From Vicinamibacteria bacterium (GTDB lineage Bacteria; Acidobacteriota; Vicinamibacteria; Marinacidobacterales; Marinacidobacteraceae), in the NCBI GenBank assembly GCA_963422395.1, contig OY729431.1, forward strand, positions 1,664,001-1,728,000: DNA of 64,000 bases, read 5' to 3'. The position numbers and the translations under genes are program-made. Under the pieces are notes generated by a model. It searched no databases and had not been told where the DNA came from. It was given only the letters and a program-made list of their open reading frames with translations. Positions 52,280 through 62,947 of the stretch are shown one piece after another; within the stretch, counting starts at the first letter, position 1; each line of letters opens with the position of its first letter.

Positions 52280-53476
52280 ATGAAGACCAGTCGTCGTAGT
52301 TTTTTCCGATTCCCGCACCGGTTTCCGGCCGCGGGTGAACCCGCACTGCACGCCATCGGTGCCCGGGGGCGTGAGGCTTGGGAAGCTGAGAACGGCTTCC
52401 GCACCGCGCCGGTGTTCGTTCCGCCTCCTGAGGCCGATGAGGTCCGGATCAGCAGCAACGAGAACCCTCTCGGCCCCGGCCCGGCCGCGGTGGCAGCGCT
52501 CCGGGACGGGTACGGCTCGATCATGCGCTACCCCATGAACGCGCGGGTCAGCGGCGACGATCTCCGCAAGCGCATCGGAGAGATGTACGGCGGCAAGGCC
52601 GCTCAGGTGGTGCTGGCGCCGGGCTCGTCCGAGATCCTCCGAAACGCCGTCCGGGTGTACACCGGCGAAGGGCGCGCCCTCGTCACCGGAGAATGCTCCT
52701 ACGAGAACCCGGTACGGACCGCCAGGTATTTCGGTGCCCCGGTCAAGTCCATCCCCATGACCGGGGGCCTCGGGCTCGATCTCGACAAGATGGCGGGGGC
52801 GTCGATCGGCGCGGGACTCGTCTTCCTCTGCAATCCGAACAACCCCACCGGCACGGTGCATTCGCTCGCCGATGTCACCGACTTCGTGAAGTTCGTGAAG
52901 AAAGAGTCGCCCTATACCGCCATCCTGCTCGACGAGGCGTACTACGACTACGTCACGCACCCGTCCTTCGACACCGGCGCCGAGCTCGCCATGCAGTACC
53001 GGGATGTGTTCGTGGGCCGGACCTTCTCGAAAGCTTTCGGCATGGCGGGTCTTCGGATCGGCTACGCGTTCGGCCAGACCGACACGATCGCCAAACTCGC
53101 CCCGCTGCGGCTCACCTTCGGCACCTCCGTCCTCTCCATCGCCGCCGCGATGGGGTCGCTCGAAGATCCGGACTACATCAAGCGGGAAGTGAAACGCAAC
53201 GAGGCCGCACGCAAGTTCACGCTCGACTTCTTCGCAGGCCACGGCCTCGACCCGGTGCCGAGCGAGACGAACTTCGTGTTCGTGAACATCGGCCGTCCGG
53301 CGAAGGAGTTCCGGGAGGCTTGCGCCGAGCGGGGCATCATGGTGGGACGGGATTTTCCGCCCTACCAGAACAGCCACGCCCGCATCTCGATCGGCACCCT
53401 CGAGGAAATGCAGCGGGCGACCGCGGTCTTCGCACAAGTCCTCGGACTCGCCACCGCCGACAACCAGCAGCAATAA
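52280..53476 (+). CDS. HisC-like class I/II PLP aminotransferase with SRRSFF motif
   Basis: SNENPLG, CNPNNPTG, DEAY, RTFSKAFGMAGLRIG. Confidence 0.9.
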   Translation: MKTSRRSFFRFPHRFPAAGEPALHAIGARGREAWEAENGFRTAPVFVPPPEADEVRISSNENPLGPGPAAVAALRDGYGSIMRYPMNARVSGDDLRKRIGEMYGGKAAQVVLAPGSSEILRNAVRVYTGEGRALVTGECSYENPVRTARYFGAPVKSIPMTGGLGLDLDKMAGASIGAGLVFLCNPNNPTGTVHSLADVTDFVKFVKKESPYTAILLDEAYYDYVTHPSFDTGAELAMQYRDVFVGRTFSKAFGMAGLRIGYAFGQTDTIAKLAPLRLTFGTSVLSIAAAMGSLEDPDYIKREVKRNEAARKFTLDFFAGHGLDPVPSETNFVFVNIGRPAKEFREACAERGIMVGRDFPPYQNSHARISIGTLEEMQRATAVFAQVLGLATADNQQQ

Positions 53477-53554
53477 AAGGCGAGATCCGAAACATCCGTT
53501 CCATCACCCGAGTCCTGGATCCGGGAACCCCCGCTACGAGGAGGTAGCCATCCC

Positions 53555-54730
53555 ATGCTCTCCCGCCGCAGTTTCCTCTCTCACGCTTCGGCCGGCACCG
53601 CCGGTCTCTATGCCGCAACCTTCGTTCGCTCACGCCTTCGCGAGCAGATCGCCTTCGCCGCCGAGATGGGGATCGCCCCCGAAGATGCGATCAATCTGGC
53701 GAACAACGAGAATTCGCTCGGCCCCGGCGATGCGGTCATGGACGCCATCGATGCCGTGATCGGACCCGAAGGGGTGATCGCCGGGCGGTACCCGTTCCAG
53801 TTCGTCGGCCCCCTCCAGGATGCCATCGCCGAGAAGTGGGGGGTGCAGCCCGAGAACGTCCTCGTCGGCGCGGGCTCTACCCAGATCCTCGTGGACTGCA
53901 CCCATCAGTACGCGAGCCGCGAGAAAGCGCTCGTCGGGTCGCTGCCGACCTATGAAGAGTGCTTCGGATACGCAGCGCTCGTGGGGTATCGAACCAAGGC
54001 AGTTCCGCTGACGGCGGATTTCAAGATGGATCTGGACCAGACGCTCCACGCCCTGAAGAACAGCGGGATGCTGTTCTTCTGCAACCCGAACAACCCGGTG
54101 GCGACTCTCGTGGACCCTGGAGAGGGGAAGGATTTTCTCGGTCGTGCGCTCGCTGCCGAGAAGGATCTCCGCATCCTCGTGGATGAAGCGTATATCGACT
54201 ATGTGACGACTCCGGGGCACGAAACGATGATCCCGATGGCCATCGAGAACCCGCGGCTCATCGTCGCGCGCACCTTCTCGAAAGCGTACGGAATGGCCGG
54301 ACTCCGGATCGGCTACGCGATCGCGCACGAAGACACCATCGCCGAACTCGGCGAGTTCCACATGGGCAACTCGGTGAGCATTCCCGCGCTGGTCGCCGCG
54401 AACGCCGCGCTCGATCGCGACAAGACAGATCCGGACTACCTCCCCAACGAGAAGAAGCGGAACACCGAGGCGCGCGACTTCATCCTGAAGTTCTTCCAGG
54501 ACCGGGGGCTTTCCGCCACCGATGCCCAGACGAACTTCATCTTCACCGATGTCGGGATGCCCGTCGAGCAATTCCAGGCGGCTTGTGCTGCCGAGGGCGT
54601 CCGGGTCGGGCGGCCGTTCCCGCCGCTTTGGACCCGCTGCCGAATCTCCATCGGGACGATGGACGAGATGCAGCGCGCCGCCACCGCCTTCGCCGCAGTG
54701 CTCGATTCAGCCCAGAAGATGGCAGCCTGA
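53555..54730 (+). CDS. HisC-like class I/II PLP aminotransferase with Tat signal
   Basis: MLSRRSFL; NNEN, CNPNNP, DEAY, RTFSKAYGMAGLRIG. Confidence 0.9.
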   Translation: MLSRRSFLSHASAGTAGLYAATFVRSRLREQIAFAAEMGIAPEDAINLANNENSLGPGDAVMDAIDAVIGPEGVIAGRYPFQFVGPLQDAIAEKWGVQPENVLVGAGSTQILVDCTHQYASREKALVGSLPTYEECFGYAALVGYRTKAVPLTADFKMDLDQTLHALKNSGMLFFCNPNNPVATLVDPGEGKDFLGRALAAEKDLRILVDEAYIDYVTTPGHETMIPMAIENPRLIVARTFSKAYGMAGLRIGYAIAHEDTIAELGEFHMGNSVSIPALVAANAALDRDKTDPDYLPNEKKRNTEARDFILKFFQDRGLSATDAQTNFIFTDVGMPVEQFQAACAAEGVRVGRPFPPLWTRCRISIGTMDEMQRAATAFAAVLDSAQKMAA

Positions 54731-54872
54731 TTCCCGGCGGTTCGCGCCGGGAATCCGAACTGCTGCCGGAGGCAGCGGTTCGTGAACGGGAGTAAAACCC
54801 CTTTCTCATCACCCCTGCTGCGCCTGAGCCAGAGCTGCGGGCCGCAGCAGGTTTTTCGATATCGGGTTGCGG
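54731..54872 (+). repeat. Degenerate copy of the multi-hairpin element found in the rpoN array; ends in a hairpin plus T-tract
   Basis: cccggcg..cgccgggaatccgaactgctgccggaggcagcggttcg, gtgaacgggagtaaaacccctttc, gcgcctgagccagag..cgcagcaggttttt and gggttgcgg match the minus strand of the array in order. Confidence 0.7.
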
Positions 54873-54913
54873 GGGAAGGGTCGCGGCGGATCCTCCGGGG
54901 GCTCCGACTCGCC

Positions 54914-56689
54914 TCAACTGCGGTCCGGCTGCCCCTCCCTGCGTCCGGAAAGGCGAAGCAGACGGGCCCGAACCCGACGAGCTGTCGTCAGGCGGACGCT
55001 CTGCTGGGCGAGGCTTTCGGCTTCGGTGGTATCGAGGCCGGCGATGATGCGTTTCACATCGACCACCGCGTTCGGACTCATGGAAAAGGTACGGATACCG
55101 AATCCGAGCAGCAGCGGGATGACGAGCGGCTCGGCGGCGACTTCGCCGCAGACCGCGAGCGGCACCTTGCTGCGGCGCGCCACCCGCGCCACGAAGCGCA
55201 CGGTGCGCAGGAGTGCCGGATGGAGGGGGTCGTTGCAATGCGCCACCCGTTCGTTGGCCCGGTCGGCTCCAAAGAGATATTGCATCAAGTCGTTCGTTCC
55301 GATGCTCAGGAATTCCGCCTCCTGGGCCAGGATGTCGGCGGTAGCGGCCGCCGACGGCACTTCCAGCATCGCGCCGACTGGCACCTCTCGAAACGGCACC
55401 CCGCGGTGGCCCAACGTGCGAACCGCGGCCTTGAGATGGGTTCGGGCGGCGCGGAACTCTTCGAGGCCGCCGATCATCGGGAACATGAGCTGGATGTTGC
55501 CGTGGACAGCGGCGCGGAGGACCGCGCGGATCTGAGCCTCGAAGAGGCCGGAGGCTTCCAGCAGGAGCCGAACGCCGCGCAGTCCCAGGGCTGGGTTCGG
55601 CTCCGCCGCGCGCCCGATGCTGGTCGCGTCGAGGTCGAAGGCGCGAACCACCAGCGGATGGGGATCGAGCGCGCGGGCGAGATCCCGGTAGATACGGAAC
55701 TGCTGCTCCTCGGTGGGGATCTCCTGAGCCGCCATCCGTTCGGTGCGGAAAAGGCCGACCCCTTCGGCCCCGTTTCGCCGCACCAGATCGATTTCGCCGG
55801 GCTCGTCTATGTTCGCCATCAGCTGGACCCGCTTGCCGTCCGCGGTTTCCGACCGCATGGCGATGGCCGCCTGCCGGTGGCGGCGGCGGCGGCCGCGAGC
55901 CCGTTCGCGCCGCCGCCGGTATTCGACGAGCGTCTCCGGAGACGGATTCAGCACCACCACCCCCGCAGAACCGTCCACCACTAGCGGCTCCCCGACCTGC
56001 AAGTGCTTGAGCAGTCGGCGCACCCCGGTCACACAGGGCACATCGTGGGTGCGGGCGAGGATGGCGGTGTGGTAGGTGGGGCCGCCAGCCTCCATGACCA
56101 CCGCCAGCGCCCGGCTCCAGTCGATCTCCGCAGTGTCGGAGGGGCGAATGTCCTCCGCAGCCACGATGTGCCTGCGGTCCCGCCGTTTCCGTACCGGCCG
56201 TTCAGCTCCGCTCAGGACCTGCAGCAACCGCCCTCCCACATCAGCGATGTCCCCCTTTCGCTGCCGCAGGTACTCGTCGGCGAGCCCGTCGAAGACGGCT
56301 TTCAGCTCCGCAACGACAGTACGAACCGCCCATTCGGCGTTGATCTGTTCCAGCCGGATCACCTCCTGGACCCGGCCCACGAACAGCGGATCCTCGAGCA
56401 TCAACCGCTGGGCCTCGAAGAGATAGGACCGATCGCGGCCGAGCGCCTTCCGGGTGGATTCCCGGATCTCCTGGAGCTGGCCCGCGGCGCGTTCGCACGC
56501 CGACTGGAAGCGGCGGATCTCCGCGCCGGTGGCGCGCCGGCTGATTTCCATGCGGAACACCGGCACCGAGAGATGCTCGAAGAGCACGGCGCGCGCGACC
56601 GCGATCCCGGGGGCGGCGGCTTCGCCGCGGAGCACGAGGTCCGGGGAGGGGCGGCGAGCGGTGCTCCGCCGGATACCGGATGGCGTCAA
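54914..56689 (-). CDS. ptsI: PTS enzyme I (PEP-protein phosphotransferase)
   Basis: GGPTYHTAILAR phospho-His, GVGLFRTE, NPALGLRG, SIGTNDL.QY, VCGE. Confidence 0.93.
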   Translation of the reverse strand: MTPSGIRRSTARRPSPDLVLRGEAAAPGIAVARAVLFEHLSVPVFRMEISRRATGAEIRRFQSACERAAGQLQEIRESTRKALGRDRSYLFEAQRLMLEDPLFVGRVQEVIRLEQINAEWAVRTVVAELKAVFDGLADEYLRQRKGDIADVGGRLLQVLSGAERPVRKRRDRRHIVAAEDIRPSDTAEIDWSRALAVVMEAGGPTYHTAILARTHDVPCVTGVRRLLKHLQVGEPLVVDGSAGVVVLNPSPETLVEYRRRRERARGRRRRHRQAAIAMRSETADGKRVQLMANIDEPGEIDLVRRNGAEGVGLFRTERMAAQEIPTEEQQFRIYRDLARALDPHPLVVRAFDLDATSIGRAAEPNPALGLRGVRLLLEASGLFEAQIRAVLRAAVHGNIQLMFPMIGGLEEFRAARTHLKAAVRTLGHRGVPFREVPVGAMLEVPSAAATADILAQEAEFLSIGTNDLMQYLFGADRANERVAHCNDPLHPALLRTVRFVARVARRSKVPLAVCGEVAAEPLVIPLLLGFGIRTFSMSPNAVVDVKRIIAGLDTTEAESLAQQSVRLTTARRVRARLLRLSGRREGQPDRS

Positions 56690-56994
56690 GGCGAGCCGTG
56701 CGGATTCGCCGAGGAAGGCGCTTCCGGCATCGAATCCCTGATGCCGCCGCTGACGAGACGGGTCAGTGCGGTGAGAGCTGGGACGGCATCCGGACCCGAA
56801 GTGTGGATCCGGAGCCGGGTTCCCGGCGAAGCGGCGAGGAACAGAAGCCCCAGGATGCTCTTGCCGTCGATGGTGGTTTCGCCCCGGGTAACGGTAACGA
56901 CGGCGTCGTAACGCGCCGCAGTCTTCACGAAGCGGGCCGCCGCCCGCGCATGCAGACCCAGAGGATTCGTGACCGAAACCACGCTTCCAGGCAC
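56686..56994 (-). CDS. ptsH: HPr phosphocarrier protein
   Basis: NPLGLHARAAA (His15), DGKSILGL (Ser46). Confidence 0.92.
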   Translation of the reverse strand: MPGSVVSVTNPLGLHARAAARFVKTAARYDAVVTVTRGETTIDGKSILGLLFLAASPGTRLRIHTSGPDAVPALTALTRLVSGGIRDSMPEAPSSANPHGSP

Positions 56995-57201
56995 GGCTCT
57001 AACAGCTTCGGGACGAGGGAAACACAGCGCCGCCGAGGAGTGAGGACTGCCTCGTCGGGGGCACTCAGCCGAAGACCCGCCTGGAGCCGGGAACACTCCC
57101 CGGCGGGCTTCTCCCCAGAGGACTCCACGGGAGAACGGGATCGCTTTCGGCGCTCACATCACTCTATCCACCGATTACCAGGAATCGAAATCCAGTCGGG
57201 A

Positions 57202-57705
57202 TCAGACGGGGGTTCCCCGCCCTGCTTCCGCCTCCGGGGACCCACCGATCTCTTCGACCTCGACGGTCTTCTCGCCAGCGCGGGGCGGCGTCTCCTCGGC
57301 ACTGGCGAGGAGTTCCGACGCCAGATAGATGTTCTCCTTACCCTGATAGAGCGCTGAGCGAGCGGCTTCAGCGAGAGTCACCTCCTCCTCGGCGCGGATC
57401 GAAACCAGACGGATGAGCATGGGAAGGTTGACCCCGGTCACGACCTCCACTCGGTCTTCTTTCAGGAGGCTCAGCGCCAGGTTCGATGGAGTGCCGCCGA
57501 ACATATCGGTGAGAACCACCGTCCCCGCTTCCCCGGAGACCCGATCGACCGCGGCGACGATGGCCCGGCGCGCGTCCTCGGGGGCATCGTGCCAGCCGAT
57601 GGAAACCGAGGTGACATTCGGAATGTCCTCCCCGGTAATCATTTCGCAAGCGGCGACCAGCTCCCTCGCCAGTTGGCCGTGGGTGACCACCACGATTCCG
57701 ATCAT
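57202..57705 (-). CDS. PTS mannose/fructose-type EIIA
   Basis: IGIVVVTHG, LTDMFGGTPSN, VTGVNLPML. Confidence 0.92.
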   Translation of the reverse strand: MIGIVVVTHGQLARELVAACEMITGEDIPNVTSVSIGWHDAPEDARRAIVAAVDRVSGEAGTVVLTDMFGGTPSNLALSLLKEDRVEVVTGVNLPMLIRLVSIRAEEEVTLAEAARSALYQGKENIYLASELLASAEETPPRAGEKTVEVEEIGGSPEAEAGRGTPV

Positions 57706-57766
57706 CGGAATCAGTATTCGGGGACTCGGCCCCTCCGGTCAAGTATGCAACTCGGAAAAGATGCAA

Positions 57767-58541
57767 CGCTGCCTCCCGAGAGAGCCGCAACCCCCGTCCG
57801 TGGCCAGAAAAAACACATGTTGCGACCGAGCCTCCGGCTCGGGCGCGGCACAGCGGGGGAATGTGTGAAAGGGGGTCCACCCCCTTTCACTAATTGGTAA
57901 CTCAGAAGCCGAACTCGCTGCCTCCCGAGAGAGCCGCAACCCCCGTCCGTGGCCAGAAAAAACACATGTTGCGACCGAGCCTCCGGCTCGGGCGCGGCAC
58001 AGCGGGGGAATGTGTGAAAGGGGGTCCACCCCCTTTCACTAATTGGTAACTCAGAAGCCGAACTGCTGCCGGAGGCAGCGAGTTCGGATTCCCGGCGCGC
58101 AGCGCCGGGCGCTTCGGGAGCGGGGCGTCCCCCCTCCTCCCACCAGAACACCCGACGCCATCCTGACGCCCCGCTCTCGGAGCGCACAACCCGTGCGATT
58201 CCCGGCGCGCAGCGCCGGGCGGTTCGGGAGCGGGGCGTCCCCCTCCTCCCACCAAAACGCGACACGACCTAACGCCCCGCTCGAGAGATAGCCTCGACCC
58301 TCTCCCGTGGCCTAAAAACACATGTTGCGACCGAGCCTCCGGCTCGGGCGCGGCACAGCGGGGGAATGTGTGAAAGGGGGTCCACCCCCTTTCACGAATT
58401 TGGTAACTCAGAATCCGAACTGCTGCCGGAGGCAGCGAGTTCGGATTCCCGGCGCGCAGCGCCGGGCGGTTCGGGAGCGGGGCGTCCCCCTCCTCCCACC
58501 AAAACGCGACACGACCTAACGCCCCGCTCCCGAACCGCTCG
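57767..58541. repeat. Mosaic array of palindromic modules (A1-A2-B-C1-C2-A3-B-C3), REP/BIME-like
   Basis: Exact 149-bp tandem duplication 57767-57915/57916-58064; third A core at about 58282-58421; hairpins gtgaaaggggg-tcca-ccccctttcac, ccgagcc-tcc-ggctcgg, cccggcgc-gca-gcgccggg. Confidence 0.92.
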
Positions 58542-60005
58542 GGCCGCTCGGACGGTTGCAGTGGCGGATACGCCGTTCGGTCGAGGACGGGATTCGCAGC
58601 GCCTTGCGGTACTTCGCCACCGTCCGGCGGGCGATGATGATGCCATCGCGGTCTAGCAACTGAACGATCTGTTCGTCGGCGAGCGGAAATTTCGGATCCT
58701 CACGACCCACGATCCGCTTCAGCCGCGCCCGGACCGCCTCGGAGGACACTTGGCGCCCATCCCGGAGCGACAGCGCGCTGTGGAAGAAACGGCGGAACGG
58801 GATGACCCCGCGCGGGGTTTCCAGATGCTTGTTGCTGACCACCCGAGACACCGTGGATTCGGCACGCCCGATGTCCTGCGCCACATCGTTCAGCACCAGC
58901 GGGCGAATGCGATCGATCCCTTCGTTCAGGAACGCTTCCTGTTTGCGCACGATGTCTTCGGCGACCAGTCGGACGGTCTCCTGCCGCTGCTGCACCGAAC
59001 GCTGAAAGCCCTTGGCCCGGACCCACGCTTCTCGGGCGAACGCCTGTTCTTCGGGAGTGTGCCGGCGGGGCGATCGCAGGATCTGTCGGTACGCCGGGCT
59101 CGCGCGGAGCCGCGGGGCCGCATCGCTCATCTCCACCTGCCAGACGCCGTTGAAGCGGTACACCCGAGCGTCCGGAATCACCACCTGTTCGCGCGAGGGG
59201 GCGAAGCGGCCTCCCGGCTGGAAGTCGAGTTCACCGATCCGGCGCACGAGCTGCATCACTCGGGAGATATCCAGTTCCATAGTGCGTGCCAGCTCCCGGA
59301 AGCGCTCGCCGACGACCAGATCGAGATGATCGCGGACGATTTCTCCCAGGGGCCCGCGGTCTTCACCGAGAGCTTCGAGCTGCACCAGCAAGCACTCGGC
59401 GAGATCGAGACACGCCGAGCCGGTTGGATCGAACCGGAGGATGCGGGCGCGCGTTGCTTCCACCTCGTCCTCGGGAAACCCGAGCCGGGCTGCGAGTTCC
59501 TCGACGGTTGCGTCCAGATACCCCCGCTCATCGAGATTCCCGATGATGTGCAGGCCGATGGCCCGTTCACGCTCGCTCTCGACCGAGAGGCCGAGTTGTT
59601 CGGTCAGATGCTGGGAGAGCGTTCGCCCGGCCGCCAGGGTGCGCTCCAGCATCGGCGGCTCCTCGCGGAGCGCGAGGCCGCCGGCGTTGTCCTGATTCTC
59701 GGCGAAGAAGTCCTCGGCCTCGATCTCGGCCATCGGATCCGGCTCGGGCGGCTCGGCGGCCTCTCCCGCCTCGTCGCCCTCATCCCCCTCGATCTCCTCC
59801 GCGTCATCGGCTTCGAGCTCCTCCTCCCCTTCGGCGATCTCCTCGAGCGCCGGGTTCTGGAGCAGCTCCGTCTGCACCCGCATCCGGAGTTCGGTCAGCG
59901 GCAGAGACAGCATTTCGATGGTCTGGCGGACCTGCGGGGTCAGGGCGAGACGCTGCTGCTGGCGCACTCCGATCCGCAGTTCGGTCTTCGGTCCCGGTCG
60001 GCCGC

Positions 60006-60015
<10 letters not shown>
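58516..60015 (-). CDS. rpoN: RNA polymerase sigma-54 factor
   Basis: [10 protein letters not shown] region [16 protein letters not shown], RpoN box [10 protein letters not shown]. Confidence 0.96.
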
Positions 60016-60811
<796 letters not shown>

Positions 60812-60815
<4 letters not shown>

Positions 60816-62941
60816 GACGGACCTGGAGCAGCGGGCCTGCGAACCTCGACGCGGGTCACCGCCCGCCGTCCCGGCGTCGGGCCGATCTCGGAATATTCCC
60901 GCCGGAAATCGAGGGCCAGATGGCCCCCTTCCGAAAATCGTCCGTCCACCGCGACGACCGCGGGACGGCCCCAAGCCTCGATCCGGTCACCATCCGGTTC
61001 ATAGCGGATCCGCTGTCCCTCCACTCGGCTGGACCCGCGCTCGAAACGCGCTGCGAGTTCGCCGATGACGGCGCCCACCGACCCGTCGGGCAGCAACTGC
61101 GTCTCGATGGAGCCGGCGCTGACCCGGCTCAGCTCGCCGGATTCCGACCGCTGTTCGAGCCGCGGGGCTCCACTGTACGAAAGACGAGACCCGGCTGCAT
61201 CGTAGGTGAAGCGCCGGGCCCAGGCGTCGAACCGAAGGCTCCGCTCTCCGGCGCCGCTGCTGTCTTCGGCTGCTTCCGAAGCCGCAGTTGCACCGCGCTC
61301 CTCCGCTGCCGCGCCCGCAAACTCCAGCGAACTCTCGACGCCCTCCTCGGCGAGCAGGCTCCGCGCCCCAGCATCCACTTCCAAGAGCTCCGAGACGAGC
61401 CGGTTCGGGCCGAACAGCAACCGGACCCCGCCGGTGAAGACGCCGCGGCCGGTGCCGCTTTCGAGAGTCGCAGCGTCACTCGCCACCGCGGCTTCGTCGA
61501 ACTCTCCGGGAAGCCAGCGAACCTGGTCAGGGAGAAAACGGGCAGTGACCGCCCCCTCCGCCTCGACCCGCCCCAGCTCCCCGACGATCAACCGCAGATC
61601 GCGACTCTCGAGCTCGAGGAGCGACTCGTCCACGACGTGAGGGGACCCACGGAATGTCAGCGTGTCTTCGCCGTTCCAATCCGCCTCTTCCGCCGAAGCC
61701 GAAGCACCGCCGTACCGTGCCGCCACCCTGCCCTGATAGCGAGCCTCGGAGACCTCACCCTGCTCGTCGAACCGCACCTCCAGTGTTTCGGACTGGATCG
61801 CAATCCGGAATTCCGATTCCGCTCCCGCGACCAGCCGCGAGGTGACTTCGCCGAAGAGCCGGAGCCGTTCGGATTTCCCATCGGCGTCGAGCTCCAGTTG
61901 GCCCCGCTCGCCGCGCAGCTCATTCTCCCCCGCTTCGACCACGGGATCGCTGAGAAAGCGCACGATCCTCGGAGTCCGGCCGGCGTCGAGCTCGATCTCG
62001 ACCTCGTCGCCGAAGAAGCGGACTCCCGGTCCGTTTTCCGGCTCCTCGCTCCCCGCGGCCTCGCCCGGAGGGGGCAGCGTGTGCAAGACGGTTCCGAATC
62101 CGGCCAACACCGAGCGCATCCAGTCCCGCTCCGGGTCGCGCCGGAGCACCACCGATTCGTCCGAGGCGAGTCGGAACTGCTCCGAGGCGATTTCCACATC
62201 TCCGAACAATCTGGTTTCGGCGGTGGCCCGATCGAACCGGGCCCTCTCGGCGATGGCGGAGAATCCATCTCGGTCCACCGGCTCGGCGACCACTCCGCTC
62301 AGGACGACATCGCCGGAATCGAGGCGGAATTGCAGCGATGCGGCGATCCCGAAGAAATTCTCGGTTTGGAACTGCACCGGATCGGTGGACCAGAGCCGGT
62401 CGGGCACGCGCCGGAACTGCAGCCGAGGACCCGAAAGTTCCAACCCCTCGGCAACGAGAAGGGCGTTTCCCAGGAACTCGAACGACTCGATACTGGTGTT
62501 CAGCAGTAGTTCGTCGGCGGCGATGACCGCGTCCTGCCCGCCGACGATCTCGAAGACTCGAACCTCCACCCCCGTAAAGTGCTGCGTGTCGTCGCTGCGC
62601 CCGAGCGCTTCCGCCGCGGTGATCCGCACCAGCGGCCGCCCGCGATCGTCGAATTGGGTCAACTCGATCCCCCGGGACACCACTTCGCTGGCTTCCTCGG
62701 AGAGGGCCTCGGCGTCTCTCGCCGGGGCCTCGAGCACCTTCGCGCGCCGCTCGAACCCATCCCGAAGCTGGAACGCGAGGAACACCGCGAAGGCGACGAG
62801 CACCAGCGCCAAGGCGGCGCGGGCGGCGCGGACTCCAAAACTCCGGAAAAAATCGCCGAACCGCCTCCGGCGCCCCCCGGAGAGGTCCCGAAGACGCTCC
62901 GGGGGACGCCATCCCCCCGAGTCGGAACCGACCGAGGACAC
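60812..62941 (-). CDS. Long LptC/LptA(OstA)-like beta-jellyroll LPS transport protein
   Basis: N-terminal TM anchor, repeated beta-rich OstA-like segments, coupled to lptB (ATGA overlap). Confidence 0.7.
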
Positions 62942-62947
62942 GCCCGT

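Noticed and set aside
57767-58541. CRISPR array
   Set aside because: Units are about 85-150 bp, intervening sequences are themselves repeated rather than unique spacers, and no cas genes are present.
57368-58656. Short ORFs overlapping the array (e.g. 57711..58265, 57739..58029, 57902..58321)
   Set aside because: They are translations of the repeat modules with recurring identical peptides; no RBS or family motif.
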